In this document: positions 37,924 to 46,903 of the stretch, one piece after another
Numbering within the stretch: position 1 is the first letter of the stretch
Layout: every line of letters begins with the position of its first letter
Translations under genes and position numbers: made by a program
Notes under the pieces: model-generated
The model's database searches: none
What the model was told of the DNA's origin: nothing
Seen by the model: the letters and a program-made list of their open reading frames with translations, nothing else
Assembly: GCA_965223905.1 (NCBI GenBank)
Contig: CBDCXV010000001.1
Location: forward strand, 416,001-480,000
Source: Candidatus Latescibacterota bacterium
GTDB lineage: Bacteria; Latescibacterota; UBA2968; UBA8231
Direction of reading: 5' to 3'
DNA: 64,000 nucleotides

Positions 37924-38723
37924 TCGCGCTGGGCCGCATCTACGGCGTTCTGTTGAAGACCGACCTGGCGGTGATGATGCAGTACCGGGCGGCGATGCTG
38001 ATCTATCTCATCGGCGGGGTGCTGCAACCGGTCGTCTACCTCGTGGTCTGGCTGACGGTTGCCGAGGCCAGGGGAGGCACTGTCGGCGACTTCGACAAGG
38101 GGGAGCTGGCCGCCTACTACATCGCCTTCATGCTGGTCAGTCACGTGACCTTCGACTGGCACATGTTCGAGATGGGATGGCGCGTTCGCAGCGGCTCCTT
38201 TTCCCCTATTCTGTTGCAACCGCTGCACCCGCTGCACCGAGATCTTTCCGAGAACGTGTCGTACAAACTGCTGACCCTGTCGGTCATGGTTCCGGTTGCC
38301 GGTCTCCTCGTCTGGTTCTTCGAACCGGAGTTCCCGGCATCGGCCTGGGCATGGGGCGCTTTCGTGCCCGCCCTGGTGTTCGCATTTCTCGTGCGCTTCC
38401 TGGTCGAGTGGACGGTTGCCCTTCTCGCCTTCTGGATCACCGACACGTCCGGTTTGAACCAGGTCTACTACATCTCGGTAACCTTCCTGGCCGGCAGAAT
38501 GGCCCCCCTGTCGCTGATGCCGGAGTGGGTGCAGAACGCCGCGGCGCTGCTGCCTTTCAAGTGGATGGTGGCGTTTCCGGTCGAGCTTCTTCTCGGGCGC
38601 CTGACCCCGCGGGAAGCGGTCGACGGGTTCATCGCCCAGGGGGCCTGGCTGGTCCTGGCGCTGGCGCTACTGAGCCTGTCCTGGAGCCGCGCCGTGAAGA
38701 GATACTCGGCGGTGGGAGCATGA
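37920..38723 (+). CDS. ABC-2 family transporter permease (DUF990-like)
   Basis: QYRA N-terminus, LLQP and six transmembrane segments. Translationally coupled to the ATPase. Confidence 0.88.
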   Translation: MIALGRIYGVLLKTDLAVMMQYRAAMLIYLIGGVLQPVVYLVVWLTVAEARGGTVGDFDKGELAAYYIAFMLVSHVTFDWHMFEMGWRVRSGSFSPILLQPLHPLHRDLSENVSYKLLTLSVMVPVAGLLVWFFEPEFPASAWAWGAFVPALVFAFLVRFLVEWTVALLAFWITDTSGLNQVYYISVTFLAGRMAPLSLMPEWVQNAAALLPFKWMVAFPVELLLGRLTPREAVDGFIAQGAWLVLALALLSLSWSRAVKRYSAVGA

Positions 38724-39505
38724 GCATCCTGAGGCTGCTCTGCGTCTTCTTTCGCATCGGTCTGCTCAACGAGCTGCAGTACCGGGCGAATTTCCTGCTT
38801 CAGCTGTTCAAGACCCTCTTCAACTTCGCCTGGTCGATCGGGGCGGTCGCCGTCGTTTTCGGGCATACGGATGATCTAAACGGCTGGCAGCCGGCCGAAG
38901 TAGTCGCCCTGCTGGGGGTGTTCGTGCTGATGGGGGGACTGATCGGCGTCGTGGTTCAGCCGAGCATGGAGAAATTCATCGAAGACGTGCGGGAAGGGAC
39001 CCTCGATTTCACACTGACAAAGCCGGAGGAGGCGCAGGTGCTGGTCAGTGTCAGCCAGGTGCGGGTCTGGCGCCTCCTCGACGTCGTCGCCGGTCCCGTC
39101 ATCATCGCCGCGGCCCTGTACCACCTGGGGCGCGGCGTCGGCCCGGAGGCGGCGGTGCAGTTCGGCGTCGCGCTGTCAGCCGGGAGCGTGATCATGTACA
39201 GCTTCTGGCTGATTCTGGCGACCATCTCGTTCTGGTTCATCCGCATCGAGAACATACTGATGATTTTCCAGAACATGTACGACGCGGCGCGCTGGCCGGT
39301 CACCATCTACCCGGGGTGGCTGCGGGCGGCGCTGACGTTCCTCGTCCCGGTGACCTTTGCGGTTACCGTGCCGGCGCAGGCGTTGGTGGGGCGGCTCACT
39401 GGGGACTTCCTGATCGCTACCGTGGCGCTTGCCCTGGTCTTGCTCGCCGGCTCGCGGCTGTTCTGGAAAATCGGGGTGCGCCACTATTCCGGCGCCTCGG
39501 CATGA
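38720..39505 (+). CDS. ABC-2 family transporter permease (DUF990-like)
   Basis: QYRANF, GTLDFTLTKP, RWPVTIYP and a C-terminal YSGAS. Confidence 0.88.
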   Translation: MSILRLLCVFFRIGLLNELQYRANFLLQLFKTLFNFAWSIGAVAVVFGHTDDLNGWQPAEVVALLGVFVLMGGLIGVVVQPSMEKFIEDVREGTLDFTLTKPEEAQVLVSVSQVRVWRLLDVVAGPVIIAAALYHLGRGVGPEAAVQFGVALSAGSVIMYSFWLILATISFWFIRIENILMIFQNMYDAARWPVTIYPGWLRAALTFLVPVTFAVTVPAQALVGRLTGDFLIATVALALVLLAGSRLFWKIGVRHYSGASA

Positions 39506-39602
39506 GGACTTTTGAAGGCGAGGCGGTGATCGCGGGCGGCAACGAACCGGCCATTCCCCGGAAAATCTGGAAAGACAATTGCATCTGATCCCTGCCTGAA
39601 AG

Positions 39603-39641
39603 AAAAAAAGGGCGCATCGAATCGGATCGGTGGGCCCCTTT
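39603..39641 (-). terminator. Possible intrinsic terminator of the DUF433/PIN operon
   Basis: On the - strand an imperfect GC hairpin (GGGC...GCCC) is followed by a run of T, just after the stop at 39654. Confidence 0.45.
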
Positions 39642-39653
39642 GTGTCTTGTGGG

Positions 39654-40046
39654 TTACTCGTTTTCTGTAGACGGGGTGATAAGACTGAGCTTTCCCGACA
39701 GATCAACGCCGCAAATAAACGGCCGCGGCGTCGTGGCGAAGGAGCTCTCCATCTTCTCCAGCGTCAGGACAAGAAGCTTCAGGTATTGCCAGCGGGTTGG
39801 GTCTTTTTTCTGCGTGAGGAAGAAGCAACCTTTTCCGTTTCCGAGGATGGCTCGCCGTTCCCCTGGACGGGTCCTGATTTTCTTGTCGCGTGTGATGACG
39901 AGCCAGCCCTCGGCACCTGCAACCGGCAGCCAATCAGTGTCCTTGGTGTCGTGCTGAAAGCGATCCTCCAACCAGAGTACATCATCTCGCACTGCTTTGA
40001 GCGCAGTGGCAACACTCTTGGGGATCGAGCGATCTATAAAGATCAT
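39654..40046 (-). CDS. PIN-like toxin (VapC45-like)
   Basis: IFIDRSI, DTDWL and WLVITRDKKIRTRPGE. Confidence 0.83.
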   Translation of the reverse strand: MIFIDRSIPKSVATALKAVRDDVLWLEDRFQHDTKDTDWLPVAGAEGWLVITRDKKIRTRPGERRAILGNGKGCFFLTQKKDPTRWQYLKLLVLTLEKMESSFATTPRPFICGVDLSGKLSLITPSTENE

Positions 40047-40717
40047 GCAGCACGTTGCAACTCAAACTGAAGCGCACGCGCAACATGAAGCGGTTCGATA
40101 TTGAAGTCCGCTGAGATTTGCTCGTTTAGATCGCCCGCTTTGAATCGCTCCAGGATGATCTCGGTGCGCACTCCGGATCTTTCTACTACAGGAAAGCCGA
40201 AACCGTACTCCGGATCGATGACAACGAGGGCACTGCGTCCCAAGGGCCACCAGCGCGCTACAAGCTCTCCAGCGTACTCCAACTCCTCCAGGAACGGCTC
40301 CAACACCTGAATCCACGCCTGCATCCGCTTCTTTCGCCCCACTTCGATCAGGACATCCTCACGATTAACGAACACCTCGCGGCCGCCCGTCTTGAACCGC
40401 AATGTCGCTAGTGGACGTGGAACCTCCAGAATTTCCTGGCAATTGAGGACTATCTCGCGAACCATCCGCAGTGAAAAGCCCATCTCTTTCAGGCGTCCGA
40501 TAGCGGCAATCTCCACGAGATCGGTAAACGAGACGATCTCCTGCTCTTCTGCCCGTTGTACGCCGGGAGTGACAGGTGGTCGGACAACCCGCTGGCCGCG
40601 GGTATCGAAATAGGTATACCCCTCAAGCCAGCGCTTTGCAGTTCCACGGCTCACGTTGGCGAGGTAGTCTGCATCCGCAAAGCTGTAAAGAGGCCGGATA
40701 GCAAGGGTATCGTCCAC
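40043..40717 (-). CDS. DUF433 domain antitoxin (VapB45-like, HTH plus DUF433)
   Basis: PLYSFADA HTH, SFTDLVE and IDPEYGFGFPVVERSGVRTE...ALQFE. Overlaps the toxin gene. Confidence 0.85.
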   Translation of the reverse strand: MDDTLAIRPLYSFADADYLANVSRGTAKRWLEGYTYFDTRGQRVVRPPVTPGVQRAEEQEIVSFTDLVEIAAIGRLKEMGFSLRMVREIVLNCQEILEVPRPLATLRFKTGGREVFVNREDVLIEVGRKKRMQAWIQVLEPFLEELEYAGELVARWWPLGRSALVVIDPEYGFGFPVVERSGVRTEIILERFKAGDLNEQISADFNIEPLHVARALQFELQRAA

Positions 40718-40937
40718 TGCTCTTCTCCTATCCGCTTACCTGTAGCATAAGTGTGTGGAGCCCTGCCATGCAGGGATCAAATTTAGTTCTACTGGTGGCT
40801 TGGCGATGCTGCCCCCCGGGCTTTCCCCGTCCTGCTTGATCTGATCCAATCCGGGGTCTGGCGAGGCGGTTGGGGGTAGAACTTACACCGCCTCCAATAC
40901 CGTGGAAATACATGGAGCATCAACCGAAAAAGTGGAA

Positions 40938-41750
40938 TCAGGCCGCCGCTTCCGCGGCGATCGGAACGTACTCCGGGAACACCTGCGGCCAGCACTGGCC
41001 TGTTTGGTTGTGGACGGTCTTCGCGTCTATGTAGCAAACGCTGAAAGCGCGGCGGGGCCTGTCGGTGGTGTTGGGCTCGGAGCGGTGCAGGGTCCAGTTG
41101 TGAAGGAGCACCACCTCACCCCGCTCCAGCTCGAGGTGCAGGCGCTTTTCGTCCGAGGCGTGCACGGGAATCTGCTCGGGGTAGAGCCCGTCGTGATTGG
41201 CGTTGATCATCGACTTGTGGGACCCTGGGACTATCTGGAGGCAGCCGTTGACCACCGAGGTCGCGTCGAGCGCCGTCCAGATGGTGACCACCGGGGAAAT
41301 GCTCAGGCCCCAGCTGCCGGTCCCGTCCTGGTGCCAGTTGAGCAGGGTCCCGCGCCCGGCCGGCTTGTTCATGAACATCGAGCGGAACGACGAGACCCTG
41401 TCGCCGATGATCTTGCGGGTGATGTCGCGGAACAGCGGCTGCTGGATGTAGGCGAGAAATAGCGGGTCCTGTTCGAGGTCTTGGATCTTGCGGTACGTGA
41501 GAGACGAGCCCTTGAACACCTTGGTCTGCCTCGCCTTCTCGGGATCCCCGGCGGACGGACACAGCTGCATCATCATGTTCGGGTAGCTCACCTCACCCAG
41601 CATGATCTCGTCGATGCGGTCGCAGAGCGCTTCGATCTCCGCCAGCGGGGCGACGCGGCCGAGCCGGACGTAGCCGTTCTCCCGCCAGTCTGACAGCTCG
41701 CTCTCGCTGATGGCCGGGGGGTGCAGCGCTTCCTCGTTGTTTCTCGTCAT
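40938..41750 (-). CDS. Phytanoyl-CoA dioxygenase family (Fe/2OG) protein
   Basis: WHQD, WTALD, NGCLQIVPGSH and HRSEPN...RRA. Start set at ATG 41750. Confidence 0.92.
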   Translation of the reverse strand: MTRNNEEALHPPAISESELSDWRENGYVRLGRVAPLAEIEALCDRIDEIMLGEVSYPNMMMQLCPSAGDPEKARQTKVFKGSSLTYRKIQDLEQDPLFLAYIQQPLFRDITRKIIGDRVSSFRSMFMNKPAGRGTLLNWHQDGTGSWGLSISPVVTIWTALDATSVVNGCLQIVPGSHKSMINANHDGLYPEQIPVHASDEKRLHLELERGEVVLLHNWTLHRSEPNTTDRPRRAFSVCYIDAKTVHNQTGQCWPQVFPEYVPIAAEAAA

Positions 41751-41791
41751 TGGGAAACCTCGTTCCGTCGGGTTGTCGATAGGGATGGATC

Positions 41792-43558
41792 TCACCCGGG
41801 TCCCTGCCGCCAGCGGCCCTCGAAAACCTGCTGGAGCCAGAGCTCCAGCGTCAGGTAGCGGCAAAGCTGCCCGCTGCGGTCGCTTCCGTCCAGGTGCTCC
41901 TCGAGCGTTGCGGTCACTTCCTTCCTTGAAATGTAGCTCCGATACAGGGCGCCGGGGTTGGACAGCAATTCGGAAAAGGTGCTGCGGGCCGGGTCCCGGC
42001 GGATCCATCCGGAGTAATCGAAAAGGCCGGTGCGCTCGCCCAGGCCTCCGAAGCCCAGCCGTCGCGCAAACCCGCGGAACTTTGCCTGTCCCCTGACCGC
42101 CCACAAGGGCCAGGCGAGAGGCAGCCCCGTAGCCTGCCAGGGGATCTCCTTGAAATAGTCGGGGAAGGTGGTCAGAAGCATGGTTCGGTAGAGCCGGTTG
42201 TTCCGTTTCAGGGCGGTGGGGATGGCGAAGAGCAGCTCCTGAAACTGGTTGTCGAGAAAGGGGAGGCGGTAGTCGGCGCCTCGGGCGATCCACAACCGCA
42301 GGCCGTGGAGGGTGAAGCAGCGCATGCGTTGGGTGATGTAAAGGGCGTGGGCAGAGCCGGCCCGGGAGAACTCCTCCTCGAGGACGGCGGCGAGGGCGGA
42401 GGAGCGCTCCGGGTCGAGGTAAAGCACGTTGCGGGCATAAGCGGAAAAGCCGGCTGCTTCGAACAGGTGGCCGCCGCCGACGATTCCGTCTCCGCCCGCA
42501 CCCGACAGCGCCGTTGCAAACAGATCCCCCAAACCGGGATACTCGACGCCGTGCATGTGGTAGAGGTCGAGCTGGACGTCGGTCGTCCAGACTCCGCCGA
42601 TGCGGGGGAGAAACCAGTTCCCGGGACCGATCTCGAAGGTGTGGTGCCGGGCCCCCTTGCGCGCCGCGGCCATGGCGGCGATGCGGACCTCGCTGCTGCC
42701 CTCGGAGCCGAAGGTCAGGGCCGGGACCGGCTCCTGGCGCTGCGGCATGGCTGCAAGGATCGCCCGGGAGTCGAGCCCGCCGCTGAGGGTCAGGCCGACG
42801 CGCTCTCCCGGTCCGCAGCGCCGTTCGACTGCCCGCACGAACCGCCTGCCCAGCTCTTCGGCCAGCTCCCGGGGGGATGCTTTGCCGATGTCGGGAGAAA
42901 CCCTACTCCAGTCCCAGTAGCGCCTTTCCTGTATCGTCCGGTCGCGGAGGTCCCAGGTCAGGCAGGTTGCCGGCGCCAGACGCTCGACGTTTTCCATCCA
43001 GGTACGGTTTCCCATGAGGTAGCCGATGCCGAGAAAGGCTTTCAGGGACAGGCGGTCGAGGACGGGACTGAACCCGGGCAGGTGCAGCAGGGCCTTGGAC
43101 TCCGTCGCCCAGGCGAGGGCGTCTCCGCGGCGGGTCCAGCAGAGCTGGCGCAGTCCGTAGCGGTCGGAGACGAGGTGGATTTTCCGGTGCCGGGCGTCGT
43201 TCACCGCGGCGGCGTAGATACCGTCGAGGGTGGCGAGTGCGGAAAGGTAATCCCCGGTTCGGAACAGGGCGTGGAGGAGCGCAGGGCCGGACGCGGCCTC
43301 GGCGCCGGGAATGCCGGCGCTCTCGTCGCCGATGCGGCATTCACCATCCATCCAGACGGTGAGATCTTCGGTGCTGAAGACCTGTTCCTGGTGCGGGTTG
43401 GTGGAGACGCAGGACCCCCGCACCCCTGGGAAGGAAAAGCAGGCGCGGGGCCGGTGCTTTTCGTGGTACTGGAGTGCGTCCCGCATCTTGAGCAGGGCGG
43501 CGTCGGCCTCCTTATCGCTCCAGCCGGGGGGCGCGGTGAATCCGACTATTCCCGGCAC
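41792..43558 (-). CDS. Asparagine synthase-related amidotransferase lacking the N-terminal Cys
   Basis: Begins MPGIVG. Contains DRYGLR, LSGGLDSR, SGAGGD and RLPFLD. Confidence 0.85.
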   Translation of the reverse strand: MPGIVGFTAPPGWSDKEADAALLKMRDALQYHEKHRPRACFSFPGVRGSCVSTNPHQEQVFSTEDLTVWMDGECRIGDESAGIPGAEAASGPALLHALFRTGDYLSALATLDGIYAAAVNDARHRKIHLVSDRYGLRQLCWTRRGDALAWATESKALLHLPGFSPVLDRLSLKAFLGIGYLMGNRTWMENVERLAPATCLTWDLRDRTIQERRYWDWSRVSPDIGKASPRELAEELGRRFVRAVERRCGPGERVGLTLSGGLDSRAILAAMPQRQEPVPALTFGSEGSSEVRIAAMAAARKGARHHTFEIGPGNWFLPRIGGVWTTDVQLDLYHMHGVEYPGLGDLFATALSGAGGDGIVGGGHLFEAAGFSAYARNVLYLDPERSSALAAVLEEEFSRAGSAHALYITQRMRCFTLHGLRLWIARGADYRLPFLDNQFQELLFAIPTALKRNNRLYRTMLLTTFPDYFKEIPWQATGLPLAWPLWAVRGQAKFRGFARRLGFGGLGERTGLFDYSGWIRRDPARSTFSELLSNPGALYRSYISRKEVTATLEEHLDGSDRSGQLCRYLTLELWLQQVFEGRWRQGPG

Positions 43559-43630
43559 GGTGTATGCAGGGGCTCGTTCAACCGAGACAGGGCCGGGGAA
43601 ATGTCAGGAGCACTCTGGCCACGGACCCCC

Positions 43631-44392
43631 TCAGGAGATCGCCTTGCGGAAATGTTTGAGCAGGGACCAGGCAAGGAGAACGGGAAGCAAGGGGGCCAGA
43701 ACCGGGCGGGCCGCGATCAGGTGGAGGAAAGCGCGCATCTCCCCGCTCCGCATCGCCCGGCGGTTCTCGCTCAGGCCCCCGGCCGTAAGCTGGGGCCGCC
43801 CCAGCTCGGTCAGCCTGGCCGGAGAGAAGTAGCAGCCATGTCCGGCCGCGGCGATCCGCAGCCAGAGATCGTAATCCTCGCTGTGCCGCATGCCCTCGTC
43901 GAACCGCTGGGCAAGCGAGCGGCGCAGCACAACCGAGGAGGTCTGGCCCGGGTTCGAAACCAAAAGCCGGCGCAGGGAAAGTCTGGCGGGAGCCGCCTCA
44001 ACCTCCTCCGGCTCCGTCGGTCCGACCGCGTAGCCGTGGGCCAGCCAGTCGATGGCGGGATTGTCAGTCAGCCAGGCATCGACAACTTCCAGCTTCTCCT
44101 CATCCCAGCGATCGTCGGCATCGAGGAAAGCGACGAAGTCCCCGGTGGCCGCAGCCCATCCGGTGTTTCTCGCCGCCGAGGGGCCGCGGTTTTTCGAGAG
44201 GGTAATGATCTTCAGCAGACCGCTGTCGCACTCGGCCGCAAATCGTTTCCGCAGCGATTCGGCGGGATGCTCGCTGCTGGCATCGTCGACGACGATGATC
44301 TCGTGGGGTCTCAGCCTTTGGTTCAGGCAGCTGTCGATCGCCTCGGAGAGATTCGGTGCATTGCGGGCGGGGATTACGGCGCTGAATCTCAT
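43631..44392 (-). CDS. Glycosyltransferase family 2
   Basis: VIPARN, IIVVDDAS, GPSAARN, FLDADD and EDYDLWLR. Confidence 0.92.
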   Translation of the reverse strand: MRFSAVIPARNAPNLSEAIDSCLNQRLRPHEIIVVDDASSEHPAESLRKRFAAECDSGLLKIITLSKNRGPSAARNTGWAAATGDFVAFLDADDRWDEEKLEVVDAWLTDNPAIDWLAHGYAVGPTEPEEVEAAPARLSLRRLLVSNPGQTSSVVLRRSLAQRFDEGMRHSEDYDLWLRIAAAGHGCYFSPARLTELGRPQLTAGGLSENRRAMRSGEMRAFLHLIAARPVLAPLLPVLLAWSLLKHFRKAIS

Positions 44393-44600
44393 TCGGGGAG
44401 TCCCGGTTGCGAACAGGTGTCCCGAGCACCAGTGGGGGCGATGGGAATGTCCGTCGAAGAAGCGTTCAAAATGTGAGCAGGTTGGCGGAGATCGCCCGAT
44501 GGCGACGGAACGGGCTTGAAATCACGGACGCCGCCGTTCAGCGGGGAATGATCGGGGAGGCCTGTTGTGTTGGGCAGGTGAAGCGAGACGGAGGGGTGTG

Positions 44601-45713
44601 TTATGACTCCATCAGCTTAAGCTGCCTGCCGAACTTAACGCCAGCAAGTTCGCAGGCAATAATGATTTTTTTCCGAATATCCCCTGTGCTGAGGTTATGA
44701 CCCAGCCACCATCCATTTTCCAAGTCCAGAGATTGTTTTTCCACGAAGTCGGGTCTATCCGGGAAGAGGTCATTAGGATTTCGTGCAACCAGCCTCCGCT
44801 TCCGAGTTGCGGTTTGGTCTGCAAAACGCACCATGAATTCGGGATCTCGACGGTCGAATTCTTTAACCAATTCACCCAAAGTTCGGTAACTAAACCCGGT
44901 TTCCACCTGCTTGTTGTCGAGAATGTAACCGATGATTCTTGTTGCCTTTTTCTTGTTCGACGGCGGCGGAGTGCTGGAGGAGGAGCTCTTCGATGGGGGG
45001 CGTGGGGCTGGCGGTGCGACACTCGACTTCCTTGGCAAAGTGTCGGAAAGCCGCTCCTTCAGAAACGACACGACATCCTCCGGTTCCGGCTTGGTTCCGC
45101 AGGATCTTTCTACCTCTTCAGCAAGCAGGTCACGAAGCATTTCGTCCGGAGTCTCTAGCAGAGTTCGCCAAGCGCCGGGAATTGCCTTACGGGCTTTCTC
45201 CCGCTCCCGGTTGCTCTCGTGTCGCTTTTCCGCTGAACGCCGGGCTTCTCCTGAAACGACGCGCGTTTTCCGAAGGTGTGTATCCAGAAAACGGGCGTAT
45301 TCGGGTATCCTCTCTTCCCGCGTCAACTCCGCCCTATAGAACCGTCGCTCCGCAGGGTCACCCGCCGCCATGCTGAGATAAAAATCCCAGAGGTCGCCGT
45401 CCGTCAGAATGAGAAACGGAACGCCCCTGTTCACCGCATATCGGAACAGCTGCTCCTCTCCCGCGATGTCAACACGACCAAGCCCTTTTGCTTCGATGAA
45501 GACCAGCGGCCCTCCTCCTTCCGGTATCAGCGCGTAGTCAACCCATCCCTTGCCAACGGAGAATTCCGGTTTGAACTCCGCGGGGTTAGTGTCGTCCCAA
45601 TCGAGGGCCCGAAGAATCGGCAGGATTATCGCCTGCTTCACCTGGGCTTCATTTTCCAGCGATCTGGAGCGAATGCGCTCGACTGCCACTTTCAGGATTT
45701 GTTCCAGACTCAT
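44601..45713 (-). CDS. HsdR N-terminal-like PD-(D/E)XK nuclease with a C-terminal putative DNA-binding domain
   Basis: NEAQVK...PILRALDW, PEF, VDYAL, IEAK, QLFRY and LTDG, then a Pro/Ser linker. Lower GC than the flanks. Confidence 0.82.
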   Translation of the reverse strand: MSLEQILKVAVERIRSRSLENEAQVKQAIILPILRALDWDDTNPAEFKPEFSVGKGWVDYALIPEGGGPLVFIEAKGLGRVDIAGEEQLFRYAVNRGVPFLILTDGDLWDFYLSMAAGDPAERRFYRAELTREERIPEYARFLDTHLRKTRVVSGEARRSAEKRHESNREREKARKAIPGAWRTLLETPDEMLRDLLAEEVERSCGTKPEPEDVVSFLKERLSDTLPRKSSVAPPAPRPPSKSSSSSTPPPSNKKKATRIIGYILDNKQVETGFSYRTLGELVKEFDRRDPEFMVRFADQTATRKRRLVARNPNDLFPDRPDFVEKQSLDLENGWWLGHNLSTGDIRKKIIIACELAGVKFGRQLKLMES

Positions 45714-45930
45714 ATGCCGGGGTCCCACCGTTTCGATGCTACTTCAAGCCTCGAAATAAGCCCGCGTATCGAGAGTGGGTCAAGGAAGTTGCCCCGGTCA
45801 TCTCCGGCAGGAGAGGCCCATGTATTGGCGCTTGGAGAACCCTCAGATGCCCCGAGAACCAAGGGGTTTTCTGCAAGATCCTAATCCTGGTGTTACCTCC
45901 CTGGGTCGTGAGGGGTCGTAGTGTAGAGCG

Positions 45931-46903
45931 ATGGAAAGCCCATCCACAGATGCCCAGCTCGTCGCCGCGATTCTTTCCGGCCGCCTTTCCGCCTTCGAAG
46001 CCCTGGTGGTGCACCATCAGGACCGCCTCTACCTGCAGGCGCTGAGTTACCTGTGTGGCGAGGAGGAGGCCCGGGATGCTCTCCAGGATGCATTCCTGAA
46101 GGCGTTCGACCAGCTCGAGGCTCTGAAGGAGCCTTCTCGATTCCCGGCTTGGGTGGGGCGGATACTCCGCAACATCTGCCTCAACAGGTTGAGGGATCGC
46201 CGCCGTCGAGCCATGGCGGAGTCGGTTGTCGAGCGGACGGATACCGAAGTGCATCCGGAGCCGGCGGTCATCCGCCGCGCAGCGTTTCAGGAGCTGCTTT
46301 CCAAGCTTCCCGAGAAAAGCGTCCGGGCGCTTACACTGCACTATCTGGAAGGCCGTTCGATTCAGGAAGTGGCTCTTCGGACGGGAACAAACCCCTTCAG
46401 GGGTGAAACAGCGGCTGTACAGGGCGCGCAGACAGCTTCAGGAGGAGGTCACTCGTATGGAAAGAGACACCAGGAACAAGCAGGATCTGCCCGAGGGATT
46501 CGCAGCGCGGACCATTGCCCGCCTTTTGGAACAGGGCAGGAAGGATCGGTTGTACATGCGGATGGGTGACGCGCGCGCACGCTTCCGGGAAGCACTGGAG
46601 GTGTTCCCGGATCATCCCGAGGCATTGATGGAGCTCGGACGTACCTATGACCCCATCGAGGGGCCGTCCCAGGAAGAAGAAGCAACTCTTCAGCGAGCCG
46701 CCGTCCACCGTGCACACTACTTCGTACCACTTCCCGACCTGTATCTGAAGGCCGGCGGACCGGCTCGCCGCGTGCGGTCCGTGTCACGGAATTGTCAACT
46801 CCATTGCGAATATTGGATATTCACCCGCTTGGCACCTGCCGGGCTCTCCGGCAGACCCTCACCCCGGGAGGGAAGTTGTGACCGCAAACAGCTACACCTA
46901 TGA
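45931..46903 (+). pseudogene. ECF sigma-70 factor with a C-terminal TPR-like extension, frameshifted at about 46390 and probably truncated
   Basis: Sigma2 has DALQDAFLKAF...FPAWV. Sigma4 is split: YLEGRSIQEVA in one frame and TPSGVKQRLYRARRQL in the +1 frame. A TPR-like FREALEVFPDHPEALMELG follows. Confidence 0.78.

Noticed and set aside
41792-43558. Lasso peptide cyclase
   Set aside because: No B1/B2 proteins or precursor nearby. The GT2 neighbour favours glycan amidation.
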